From Candidatus Zixiibacteriota bacterium (GTDB taxonomy: Bacteria; Zixibacteria; MSB-5A5; GN15; FEB-12): a DNA stretch of 64,000 nt. This document shows, piece after piece, positions 17,519 to 28,005 of this stretch. The DNA is taken from assembly GCA_024278935.1 (NCBI GenBank), contig JAJRSF010000006.1, forward strand, positions 37,842 to 101,841, in the 5' to 3' direction. The notes beneath the pieces are model-generated. The model ran no database searches. It had not been told where the DNA came from and worked only from the letters and a program-made list of their open reading frames with translations. The position numbers and the translations under genes are program-made. The stretch's first letter is position 1; each line of letters opens with the position of its first letter.

Positions 17519-18298
17519 TTATTGTAATACAAATAATGCTTCTTCGTATTCGTGGACTTTTATAAATCCAAGTTTTGTGTATGATGCTATCGCCGAATCG
17601 TTGTCCGCTTTTACATTTAGGCAAACAGTCTTATCATCGGCGGTCAAATCTTCAAGCAGGCATGATGTAACCATCGTAGAGATTCCTTTGCCTCGATACT
17701 CTGTCGCTGTAGCAATATTACCAAGCACTGCAATTTTAAATTCGTCGGAATCTACATGCACCCCACTCACAGACACGATTTTATCATTGTCAAAATAGCC
17801 GTAATATTTACCGGTTTCCAGCATTCGTGATGTAAAGTAATTTGATGGGTACGCTTCTTGGTAGAGTTCTTTTAAACTTTCAAGATGTGACATATCGAGC
17901 TGTTTGATATTTGATGAATCAATGGAACTGATTTTTTGAAATTTTGCAAGTTTCATTTTACTGAATGTGCCGAGAGATGTTTCTTTATAATTTTGTAAAA
18001 ACAGATCTCTATGTTGTTTTTGAAAATGCCCATAGAATTTCATAGGTAGAATCGGAATCATTTGAGAAAGTAGTTCATCAAAAAGTTTACTAACTCCAAA
18101 TGCTAAGACAGTCGGCGTTTCGCACCCTGTATAAATTAGGATTGCTTCATGAATTTTTGCCGTGCCCGCATAATCGACCGCCCATTGGCAATCGTTAAAA
18201 TAGAAATCATCAAGATCGCCAAGATGGTAACCAAAGAGAACCTTGTCTTTTTCAAAGTGTCGCTTAAGGCGTATTTTATTATCAGTAAATATGAGCAT
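17519..18298 (-). CDS. GNAT-family N-acetyltransferase
   Basis: 259 aa with a C-terminal acetyl-CoA binding region ..LGNIATATEYRGKGISTMVTSCLLEDL... Confidence 0.7.
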   Translation of the reverse strand: MLIFTDNKIRLKRHFEKDKVLFGYHLGDLDDFYFNDCQWAVDYAGTAKIHEAILIYTGCETPTVLAFGVSKLFDELLSQMIPILPMKFYGHFQKQHRDLFLQNYKETSLGTFSKMKLAKFQKISSIDSSNIKQLDMSHLESLKELYQEAYPSNYFTSRMLETGKYYGYFDNDKIVSVSGVHVDSDEFKIAVLGNIATATEYRGKGISTMVTSCLLEDLTADDKTVCLNVKADNDSAIASYTKLGFIKVHEYEEALFVLQ

Positions 18299-18305
18299 AA
18301 ATTAT

Positions 18306-19088
18306 TTAGAACTTACCGCTGATGTCTTGGTTGATTTGTGGGTTACGATAGTATTCAACACCGGCAAATCTTACAGAGATAAAAAACATCGCTTTCCCTT
18401 TACCACTTATCTCAAACTGTTTTGGGAACCAAAGATTATCTTCATATTTTTTATATACAATTATCATCTCTAGATTTTTCATTTTGAACATCATTTTTTT
18501 AGTGAGTTTTGCCGGAGAAAATTCAACACGCACTAATTGATATGTCTCTGAATCAAAATAATAATCACCGTTTATCAAATTAGCATTTTCTTCGTTGGCT
18601 CTCACCTTAAAGAAATGACAAGTGTAGTCTTCAATTTTGTCAGATGCTAAGCCAAGATATTCAATAGTGTAAAGTTCTTTACTGGCAGCATAAAATGGTT
18701 TCAGCATTGAGTATGAAATATCATTTGATTTTCGTTTTTGTTTTTTCTCTATTTTTTCTTTAGATGCTGACTGTAAATTTTTGTCATCCTGTTTTTTGGA
18801 ATCTTTATAGTACGCTAAATATTCTTCAAACAAATAAGCAGTGTCGGTATCATATTTAATATAAATCTTTTTATCAAAACGAACTTTCTCAACAAACTGT
18901 CCATCTTTTTCTTCGCCCTCTATATACTCAGCATCGAATGTTACATTTTGAACTATCTTTTTTTGCTCCGCTTCAGCTTGCAGAATTTGGTCAATAAGGG
19001 TTTGTGTTTCACTGTTCGTTTGAGCCAATAGAGAGCTCGCAGTTATACATAGTAGAGCAGAGAAAACTAATATTATAAATTTATTCAT
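18306..19088 (-). CDS. Secreted hypothetical protein, possibly with a LolA-like lipoprotein-sorting fold
   Basis: Signal peptide MNKFIILVFSALLCITASSLLAQ and a Lys-rich linker. The beta-rich C-terminal half resembles proteins annotated as outer-membrane lipoprotein-sorting proteins. The start overlaps the upstream stop (TAATG). Confidence 0.35.
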   Translation of the reverse strand: MNKFIILVFSALLCITASSLLAQTNSETQTLIDQILQAEAEQKKIVQNVTFDAEYIEGEEKDGQFVEKVRFDKKIYIKYDTDTAYLFEEYLAYYKDSKKQDDKNLQSASKEKIEKKQKRKSNDISYSMLKPFYAASKELYTIEYLGLASDKIEDYTCHFFKVRANEENANLINGDYYFDSETYQLVRVEFSPAKLTKKMMFKMKNLEMIIVYKKYEDNLWFPKQFEISGKGKAMFFISVRFAGVEYYRNPQINQDISGKF

Positions 19089-21079
19089 TAGAGATTTCCT
19101 TCTTCAATTATTATTTCTCTTATTATATCACCTACAACAAGTCGATCAACAATTTCCATTCCGAGATCATCAACTTGTCCAAAAATTGTGTAGCGTCCTT
19201 CAAGGTGTATAAGTGGTGAGTGTGATATGAAAAATTGTGACCCGCCGGTATCTTTGCCAGAAGTAGCAATGCCAACAGTACCGCGGATATATTTTTCATC
19301 AGAGTATTCACATCGAATCAAATAGTCAGGTCCGCCCCATCCGGTACCTTCGGGGCAACCACCTTGGGCAACAAAATTTGGTATGACTCTATGAAAAGTA
19401 AGGTTTTCATAAAATTCATTGTCTACAAGGTCAATAAAATTAAGAACCGTCAAAGGTGCTTTGTCAAAACGAAGTTCAAACTCAAACTCCCCTTTGTTTG
19501 TAATGACTCGGGCGTATGGATTCGTTTTATATTTTTTTATCGCACGATGAATTTCAGATGTCGTTATACGAGTACGAGGCTGACGAATTATATCGGTACG
19601 TTTTTCCCCAAGAGTTATGTTGTACACATCGGATGCTTCTTTGCGAACAATATATTCTTTATCAAGTGCCATGTTAATTAAAATACGCAGAGCGTTTGTG
19701 TCGGCTTTGTTATCTTCCAAAAATGATTGTGCACAACTTACGAGCGTGCGACGAACGTCAATGTCAAGCTGTCCGGCTGTCATAGAGTATTCGCGAAGTT
19801 TCGGAAGATACGCTTTGAGTTTGCGAGTTCCGATTTCGTCGATAGCAAGCACCGGGAGCATATAGGCAGAGTCGGTAAGTGCCTGGTCGATATAAAATTT
19901 TATATTGGTAGAATCAATTAACAAAAGTTGCGCAAAAGCAGATGCCCGCACAGTGATGTCACGATCGGTAAATAGTGCCGAAAGGCGTGGTTTCACTTTT
20001 GTAGATTTTGTCGCACCAAAAGCATCGGCGGCGGCAGCTCTTATACGAGGGTTTTCATTTCGCATAAGCGAGTCGATTAAAATCACGGCTCTATCTTTTT
20101 CAACAGTTGCCAGATATTGTAAACCTGAAATCACAACATTGGTAGAACTGTCACTGTTGAGAATTGACTTTACAATATCAACGCCGTTTATGTTTTCCTG
20201 ACTAAGCAGAGCAGAGATCAATGATGAAATAAGTTTTTCATCTGTCTCTTGATCTAATTTTTGGAGAAGTTTGTTTTGAGCAGTCTCAGTTTTTTTTGAC
20301 GCCAGCGAACTTATCGCTTGGGCTACAACATTATTATCAGAATCATTTAAAGCAATAGCAACGTATCGTTCGGCTTCTTTGGTGTCAGAAAGAGCAACTC
20401 CTCGAACAGCCAGTGAGCGAACATATGGATCGGCATCGGGTAAAAACAATTCATAGTAATCATATGCTTTCTCAATTTGCATGCGAGTTAAAGCAAACAG
20501 CCCGGCAATACGGACTTCATCGTCGGTTTCATCTTGTAAAAACGAGATAAGTGCATCGGCTTCATCTTTTCCACTAGAACGAAAAAGGGCGATACATGCT
20601 TCTTTGCGAACTTCAGGAGATGGGTGGTCAAAGTAGGTCGTAAGTAATTTATGGATTGTAGAATGCGAACTGTCGGCGAGTCGACCTGCCGATGCGACCA
20701 GCATAGCACCAACTCGTGATGGAGCATCAAAGCCAACATCGAGAAGTTTTTCAGCAAATGCGGATTCATCGGTTAAGCCGATTGCAAAGGCAGCTTGCAC
20801 AGCTACATCATCAACATCGGTTGTAATCAGTTTGAATAAAGTCGCCCCGGCGTTTTTTCCGCCGATTCGTCCGATAGCAAGAGCTGCTTTAGCTCGTACT
20901 TTCACATTTTCATCTTCTAAGTAAATTGAGAACTGGTCAACCGTCGTGCGGCTGTCTTCCAGATGAATCAGCTCGGCAAGTTTTTCTTCTGTGGAACGAG
21001 TGCGAAAATTATCATAAACGTAGTAAGCCGCAACTGTCACAAGAAGTAAAACAATGATAGTAGTGATTTTATTTTTCAT
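19088..21079 (-). CDS. HEAT-repeat protein fused to a cyclophilin-type peptidyl-prolyl isomerase
   Basis: 663 aa with an N-terminal TM and multiple HEAT-like repeats (..VRAKAALAIGRIG.., ..VRSLAVRGVA..). The C-terminal cyclophilin core reads ..FHRVIPNFVAQGGCPEGTGWGGPDY..GGSQFFISHSP..YTIFGQV... Confidence 0.85.
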   Translation of the reverse strand: MKNKITTIIVLLLVTVAAYYVYDNFRTRSTEEKLAELIHLEDSRTTVDQFSIYLEDENVKVRAKAALAIGRIGGKNAGATLFKLITTDVDDVAVQAAFAIGLTDESAFAEKLLDVGFDAPSRVGAMLVASAGRLADSSHSTIHKLLTTYFDHPSPEVRKEACIALFRSSGKDEADALISFLQDETDDEVRIAGLFALTRMQIEKAYDYYELFLPDADPYVRSLAVRGVALSDTKEAERYVAIALNDSDNNVVAQAISSLASKKTETAQNKLLQKLDQETDEKLISSLISALLSQENINGVDIVKSILNSDSSTNVVISGLQYLATVEKDRAVILIDSLMRNENPRIRAAAADAFGATKSTKVKPRLSALFTDRDITVRASAFAQLLLIDSTNIKFYIDQALTDSAYMLPVLAIDEIGTRKLKAYLPKLREYSMTAGQLDIDVRRTLVSCAQSFLEDNKADTNALRILINMALDKEYIVRKEASDVYNITLGEKRTDIIRQPRTRITTSEIHRAIKKYKTNPYARVITNKGEFEFELRFDKAPLTVLNFIDLVDNEFYENLTFHRVIPNFVAQGGCPEGTGWGGPDYLIRCEYSDEKYIRGTVGIATSGKDTGGSQFFISHSPLIHLEGRYTIFGQVDDLGMEIVDRLVVGDIIREIIIEEGNL

Positions 21080-21135
21080 TCTTAAAATTTACAGGCGAAA
21101 TTGGTTAGCGTCAACTATTTAATATATAAAAAATA

Positions 21136-21159
21136 CCCCTATTGGTTCAATCATAGGGG
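21136..21159 (-). terminator. Intrinsic terminator after the TonB-dependent receptor gene
   Basis: CCCCTAT (21136-21142) and ATAGGGG (21153-21159) form the stem. On the - strand it is followed by TATTTTTT. Confidence 0.6.
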
Positions 21160-21189
21160 CATTATTCTATTTATTTTATTCTATAACAT

Positions 21190-23616
21190 CTATATTCCGG
21201 CATTAATGCCAATAATAAAGTTTCTGCCTGACTCAGGAATTGGGTTATCAGGGTTACGTCCATTGAAAGGCTCTGAATACAGCTTATCAAAAATGTTATT
21301 TACAGATGCTGTCAGCCTGACATTTTCAAAAATATCAATACCATTGGTAAAATTAACGATTGTAAATCCCTTGGTAGAAATATCATCGAGATAGGTTAGA
21401 TTAGCGATACGGTTTTGATCTTCAACTCTTCGAATTGTAATTTCTGAATTAAACCCATATTTTTTATGTTTATGACCAATAGAAAGAGTTGTTTTGATAG
21501 GTGAAACAAACAGAGGTTGGTCTTCTGTGTTGTTATCACCATGCTGGTAACTAAAAGTTAATGAACCATAGGAACCGTTGTGCAGATTACCTTCAACAAC
21601 AGCTTCGAAACCATAGATAGTGACATTGTCAACATTGTCAAAACGCCACAACGGAGAATACACACCCGGTCCTACTGCTACCGAGTCAAATATATTGAGT
21701 TGCGTAAAGTCTTTATAGTCAGACCAGAAACCCATGAGAGAGTAGTTTACACTTTCATGAACTGCTTTAACACCATAATCAAGAGAGACAGATTTTTCAG
21801 GTTTGATATCAGGGTTGGGTCTTGTTTGTCTACCTGATGCAGATCCAAAGAAAAAACGTTCAACTACATTTGGCACACGGTATGCGGTTCCCAAGTTGGC
21901 GACTAAGTTAATTCCTTCGCCCAAACTGTATACCGCCCCCAAAGAACCATTCACCGAATTATATGTTTCATCTTCAGTAGGAAGCAGCTCGTCATCGTCA
22001 TCTAGATAGCCATCGGTTTCATCGGTGTTAATCCAGAAATTATCAAACCGTATTCCGGCATTCAACATAAGTGGTTTGAGATCAAATTCTCCCGAGGCAT
22101 AAATACCAATTGCTTTCCAATTATTTTCAGGAACCGATGAGTGTTGTGATGTGTCAATAAACGGGAACGGTCCAAAGCCTTCCATCAATGTATATGATGT
22201 CACCCCGCCAGTGATTTCTTCCTGCCAAGCATCAAAACCAAATGTCATTGTTGATTTACTATTCAGTTTATATAGTTCCTGGAAGTTCAAACCAATTTTT
22301 GTTACTTCGGTTGAGCTTTCCGAAGTGAGCGGAGTTATAGCAGCACCCGGAAATGGGTTGATAACTATACCACCGTAAAAGTCAGTAAAGAAATCTTTAG
22401 AAATTTTCTGGTAATATATTTTTGCTTCTATACGAGCCATTTTCTCAGAGATTCCGGTACCAGTGTATGAGAGTGAGAAATTATCTCTGTCATGGGTTGG
22501 CCAGAAAAACAGAAACGGCGTTGAGTCGTTTGGTACTCCGGCATACCCGATATCAGATGTGCGGAACATTCCAAAATCAAAATCGAGCTGACTTTTGTTA
22601 TTTATTTTATAGCCGGCTTTGAAGTCAACATTATTTACCCGTACTTCGGAGTTCGCTAATCTGTCTAAACTGAAATCAGAACCTTGGGCATTGTTAAGTG
22701 AATCATAGAACCCCGGGCGGAACACAGTATAGACATCGTCGTTTTCATTCCAACCATCAGGCGGAGCAAAGTCATTGTTGGCCTCACGATACTGATAGCC
22801 ACCGGAGAAACTCCATTTGGCTGATTCATAACCAAGATCAATTCTGTTGGAGTGTTGTTCGTCGGCAGAAGAGTAGCGTCCGTTATATCGAGCAAAAAAT
22901 TGTGGGGTGCCGCTATATTTATTTTTTTTCGTTATAATATTTATAATTCCGCCCATGGCATCGGAACCATAGAGAACCGATGAAGGACCGTTGACAACTT
23001 CTATACGTTCTATCTCGGAAACATCAACAAGTGACATAGAGACTCCAGCAAATTCAGAAATGTCACGTTGGTCGTTTAAACGTTCACCATCAACTAGAAC
23101 TAAAATCCGAGTTCCAAAAAGACCCCTGATAACAGGACGTGACCGAAACGGTCCGGCGTCATTCATATCTACACCCGGAAAAGTACGAATCACATCTGAA
23201 ATAATTGTGTAACCTTTATTTATAATTTCTTCTGAAGATATTGCCGTAATCGGTTGTGAAACTTTGTAAGCTTCTTTCTTATATCTGTTGGCAGTCACTA
23301 CGTAACTGTCTAAAACGGTGTAAGATATTTTGAGTAGAATTTTGTTTTCATTTTTAGCATCTACTAGTTCGCTTTTATTCGTAACATATCCGATATGACT
23401 TACAACTATCGAAAGCGGTAGTTCAATATCTTTAATTGTAAATGATCCGTTTTCATCTGTCATTACCGACTTATCGGTGTCAGCAATTTTAACAGATGCA
23501 TTAGGCAGTGGTTCTTTATTGCTATCACTTAAAACAACACCGGTAATTGTTGCGGCTTGCAAAGTAACAGATGATAAAATAAAAATTAAACATGATATAA
23601 TTAATTTTTTAGACAT
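21190..23616 (-). CDS. TonB-dependent outer-membrane receptor with N-terminal CarboxypepD_reg-like domain
   Basis: 808 aa with a signal peptide and a carboxypeptidase-regulatory-like domain (..ITGVVLSDSNKEPLPNASVKIADTD..DENGSFTIKD..). The plug domain (..NGPSSVLYGSDAMGGIINIITK..) is followed by a long beta-barrel. Confidence 0.9.
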   Translation of the reverse strand: MSKKLIISCLIFILSSVTLQAATITGVVLSDSNKEPLPNASVKIADTDKSVMTDENGSFTIKDIELPLSIVVSHIGYVTNKSELVDAKNENKILLKISYTVLDSYVVTANRYKKEAYKVSQPITAISSEEIINKGYTIISDVIRTFPGVDMNDAGPFRSRPVIRGLFGTRILVLVDGERLNDQRDISEFAGVSMSLVDVSEIERIEVVNGPSSVLYGSDAMGGIINIITKKNKYSGTPQFFARYNGRYSSADEQHSNRIDLGYESAKWSFSGGYQYREANNDFAPPDGWNENDDVYTVFRPGFYDSLNNAQGSDFSLDRLANSEVRVNNVDFKAGYKINNKSQLDFDFGMFRTSDIGYAGVPNDSTPFLFFWPTHDRDNFSLSYTGTGISEKMARIEAKIYYQKISKDFFTDFYGGIVINPFPGAAITPLTSESSTEVTKIGLNFQELYKLNSKSTMTFGFDAWQEEITGGVTSYTLMEGFGPFPFIDTSQHSSVPENNWKAIGIYASGEFDLKPLMLNAGIRFDNFWINTDETDGYLDDDDELLPTEDETYNSVNGSLGAVYSLGEGINLVANLGTAYRVPNVVERFFFGSASGRQTRPNPDIKPEKSVSLDYGVKAVHESVNYSLMGFWSDYKDFTQLNIFDSVAVGPGVYSPLWRFDNVDNVTIYGFEAVVEGNLHNGSYGSLTFSYQHGDNNTEDQPLFVSPIKTTLSIGHKHKKYGFNSEITIRRVEDQNRIANLTYLDDISTKGFTIVNFTNGIDIFENVRLTASVNNIFDKLYSEPFNGRNPDNPIPESGRNFIIGINAGI

Positions 23617-23771
23617 TTTGTACTCCTATTAATATACATTTGATTTATAATGCATAAAATGTACAACGTAAGTACGACAGCTTTGTCACCTTTTTGTCAA
23701 ACAAAAAACAAATCTTGTTAAAGAATTGTTTGAAAAGCAGGTCCATAATTAATATTTTAAAATTATTAAAT

Positions 23772-25655
<1,884 letters not shown>

Positions 25656-25656
25656 A

Positions 25657-26641
25657 TTGTCACGCAAAAAAAAGAAAATATCGCTGAACAGATTCTTTAT
25701 GATATTCGTTCAAGTTATTCTCTTTCGATTGAAACGATCTTAGCAAAATATTTAATCTTCCATGCAGAACTTCTAGATCATTTAAAAGAAATAGAATCAT
25801 GGGGATATATTATTCAAAAATATGATGATTCCCTTTTGTTTCAATCAGCACCCGACATGCTTATAGATTCAGAGATTTCATTTGGACTCTCGACCAAAAC
25901 AATCGGTAAAAAAATAGTCGCATTCCAAACCCTGCAGTCAACCAACGACTCCGCATCAAAACTTGCCGAACAAAACGCATCCGAGGGAACTATTATCGTT
26001 GCTGAAAAACAGACCAAAGGCAAGGGACGTTTCGGAAGACACTGGCATTCGATTGCGAACAAAGGAATCTACTGTTCGATAATTCTACGTCCTCCGTTTT
26101 CACCGGAGTTTGCTCCTGGGTTATCACTGATGACTGCTGTTGCTTTGGCTGATAGTTTTGAAATTTTTACGCAATCAAAGATACAAATCAAATGGCCGAA
26201 CGATTTGCTTCTGAACAAAAAAAATGTGCTGGTATATTAACCGAACTCTCAGCCGATAAAAACAAAATCAACCATGTTATCGTTGGTGTCGGGATTAATA
26301 TAAATCAGACTGCGGATGATTTCGACGATGAAATCCAAACCACGGCAACATCGCTGGCTATTGAAAACAAAGCAAAAGCAAAACGTATAATATTTCTGCA
26401 GACGTTTTTACTGAATTTTGAAAACAGATACGAACAATTTAAAATAGATAGACTGCTTTCGATGCATTCTAAACTTCGCAACTATTCATCGTTACTTGGT
26501 AAAGAGATTACATTGACTAACGGCAAAGAAACTATTAGCGGAAAAGTTCGTGATATAAACCAGGATGGTGCCTTGTTGCTTGAGTCATGTGGAAAAACGC
26601 AAGTTATACATTCGGGCGAAGTAACTATCGTAAAACAGTAG
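25657..26641 (+). pseudogene. birA: Biotin-[acetyl-CoA-carboxylase] ligase / repressor BirA, broken at two A8 tracts
   Basis: Track ORFs 25836-26240 (..KGKGRFGRHW..IKWPNDLLLNKK) and 26192-26641 (KKCAGILTEL..) join as ..LLNKKKCAGILTE.. if the A8 at 26217-26224 is read as A9. The wHTH-like N-terminus (..LKEIESWGYIIQK..) is open from 25656 but has no in-frame ATG/GTG/TTG. TTG 25657 comes into frame if the A8 at 25666-25673 is read as A9. Confidence 0.85.
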
Positions 26642-26657
26642 ATTTGTTTGGAGAGTT

Positions 26658-26706
26658 ATTGTAGGTCGAGTTCTAGCGAACACCAACAGGTGGATGCAGA
26701 ACCCGA
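26658..26706. repeat. TGTAGGTCGA-type GC-rich hairpin repeat
   Basis: TTGTAGGTCGAGTTCTAGCGAACACCAACAGGTGGATGCAGAACCCGACAA resembles 59144-59190. Stem arms are GTCGAGTTCT and AGAACCCGAC. Confidence 0.7.
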
Positions 26707-26747
26707 CAAAACTGAAACAGTTAAACCGTGAAAGATGGAGATTCATA

Positions 26748-26939
26748 ATGCCAAACAGAGTCAAAGTTAAAATCCATAAAAACGCATCAGCGAAAATCGA
26801 AGCAGATATTATTGAAATAGAACTTCCCGACGGAACTATTGTCGAAAAAGAAGGCAAAGCGTTTATCTGCCGTTGCGGCAAATCAACCAAGCAACCATTC
26901 TGCGATGGCACCCATAAAGAATGTGCCTTTGAAGAGTAA
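26748..26939 (+). CDS. CDGSH iron-sulfur domain protein
   Basis: ..FICRCGKSTKQPFCDGTHK.. matches the CDGSH 2Fe-2S signature C-x-C-x2-(S/T)-x3-P-x-C-D-G-(S/A/T)-H. The start was moved to ATG 26748 (GGAGA RBS) because the upstream codons are repeat-derived. Confidence 0.8.
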   Translation: MPNRVKVKIHKNASAKIEADIIEIELPDGTIVEKEGKAFICRCGKSTKQPFCDGTHKECAFEE

Positions 26940-27012
26940 CCGACATTGTCTGTATATATGTTGTTATGTAAGTTCCTTATTCACAGAAAGTGAATTGTGG
27001 ACTGATATTTTA

Positions 27013-27056
27013 TCGACAGTTTACAATTTTGATGAATCAAAATCAGGAACTGTCGA
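27013..27056. other. Long imperfect hairpin (nested inverted repeats)
   Basis: TCGACAGTT-tac-ATTTTGAT-ga-ATCAAAAT-cagg-AACTGTCGA gives 17 paired positions. It lies 75 nt downstream of the CDGSH gene. Confidence 0.5.
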
Positions 27057-27106
27057 AACGGAAAACTAATAATTCATCGCATAAATTACAATTCAGCACA
27101 ACTCCT

Positions 27107-27124
27107 TTCCTGCGTAAGCAGGAA
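27107..27124. repeat. TTCCTGC-gtaa-GCAGGAA hairpin repeat (same family as 11024-11043)
   Basis: Perfect 7-bp stem. A CAGGGTGACTTG fragment of the 11619-type element follows at about 27167-27178. Confidence 0.7.
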
Positions 27125-27218
27125 TCCAGTACAGAATTAGATAGAGCAACTTTCTCTTTATGAAAACAGGGTGACTTGTAAGACATAACTATTTATTTTG
27201 GGAATTAAATAAAATAAC

Positions 27219-27821
27219 TTATTTACTATTGGTAGCGGTGGCGAGGTATAAGCCGGGGTGGTCGTCGATTGTTTCATCGACAAATTTACTTTGTTGAAGC
27301 ATCTTGCGAAGCGTATCCTCAGAAGGGATATCATCATCGGTCACTGCTCCACCAACTTTGTGATGAATCTCAACCATCTCTTTGGACGATTCAAGTTGGA
27401 TAATATAAATTTTAGAATTTGCTTTTAAAACCCGATGGGCTTCATCGAGTGCTCGTTGCTGATTGCTAAAATGTGGAAATGCAGCAAAAGCGACAATCAT
27501 ATCAAACGATGAATCTTTAAACGGCAATGCGGTAGCATCGGCATCAACAACAGAAACATTTGGAAAGGGAAAATTGCGATGAGCTTTTTGAGCCATCTCA
27601 ATTGAAAAATCAACACCGGTCACCGAACCTTCATCGCCAACAGCTCGACGGAGCATATCAAACAAAATACCGGTTCCGCACCCAAGATCCAAAATATGCA
27701 TACCATCTGAGACACCAATTTTACCGACTAAATGACGCAGGCGATCGAGGTCTTCAGCAGTAAAGGTATAGTCCCACTCTTCGGCGAGTTTATCAAAAAA
27801 TTCTTGGTGTTTATCATGCAT
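27219..27821 (-). CDS. Class I SAM-dependent methyltransferase
   Basis: 200 aa with SAM motif I ILDLGCGTG and a Methyltransf_11-like layout (..MIVAFAAFPHF..). Confidence 0.85.
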   Translation of the reverse strand: MHDKHQEFFDKLAEEWDYTFTAEDLDRLRHLVGKIGVSDGMHILDLGCGTGILFDMLRRAVGDEGSVTGVDFSIEMAQKAHRNFPFPNVSVVDADATALPFKDSSFDMIVAFAAFPHFSNQQRALDEAHRVLKANSKIYIIQLESSKEMVEIHHKVGGAVTDDDIPSEDTLRKMLQQSKFVDETIDDHPGLYLATATNSK

Positions 27822-28005
27822 AGTAACCCAAGTATATAGATATTGATTTATAAGTCAAGTATTTTCGGCGTCAACATTTACACTTGTTTTGAGCCCCCCA
27901 ATAAAAGTGTTTAAGAGGCAATATGTGATTTAAAAAAACATAAAATTCTCTTTTCATAAGTAAGTTATTGTTTATATTGCAAGATTAGCTAAAACGAAAG
28001 AAATT

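Noticed and set aside
17505-17624. Extension of the membrane ORFan to 17624, and the ilvC N-terminal track ORF start at 24782.
   Set aside because: Both extensions overlap neighbouring genes (the GNAT 3' end and the nadC 5' end). Internal ATGs with better context (a GGAGGG RBS at 17504, and [20 protein letters not shown] at 24713) match the family N-termini.
26839-27069. The 76-aa track ORF overlapping the 3' end of the CDGSH gene and the hairpin region.
   Set aside because: It overlaps a motif-supported gene out of frame and runs through inverted-repeat sequence. It has no RBS or family signature.
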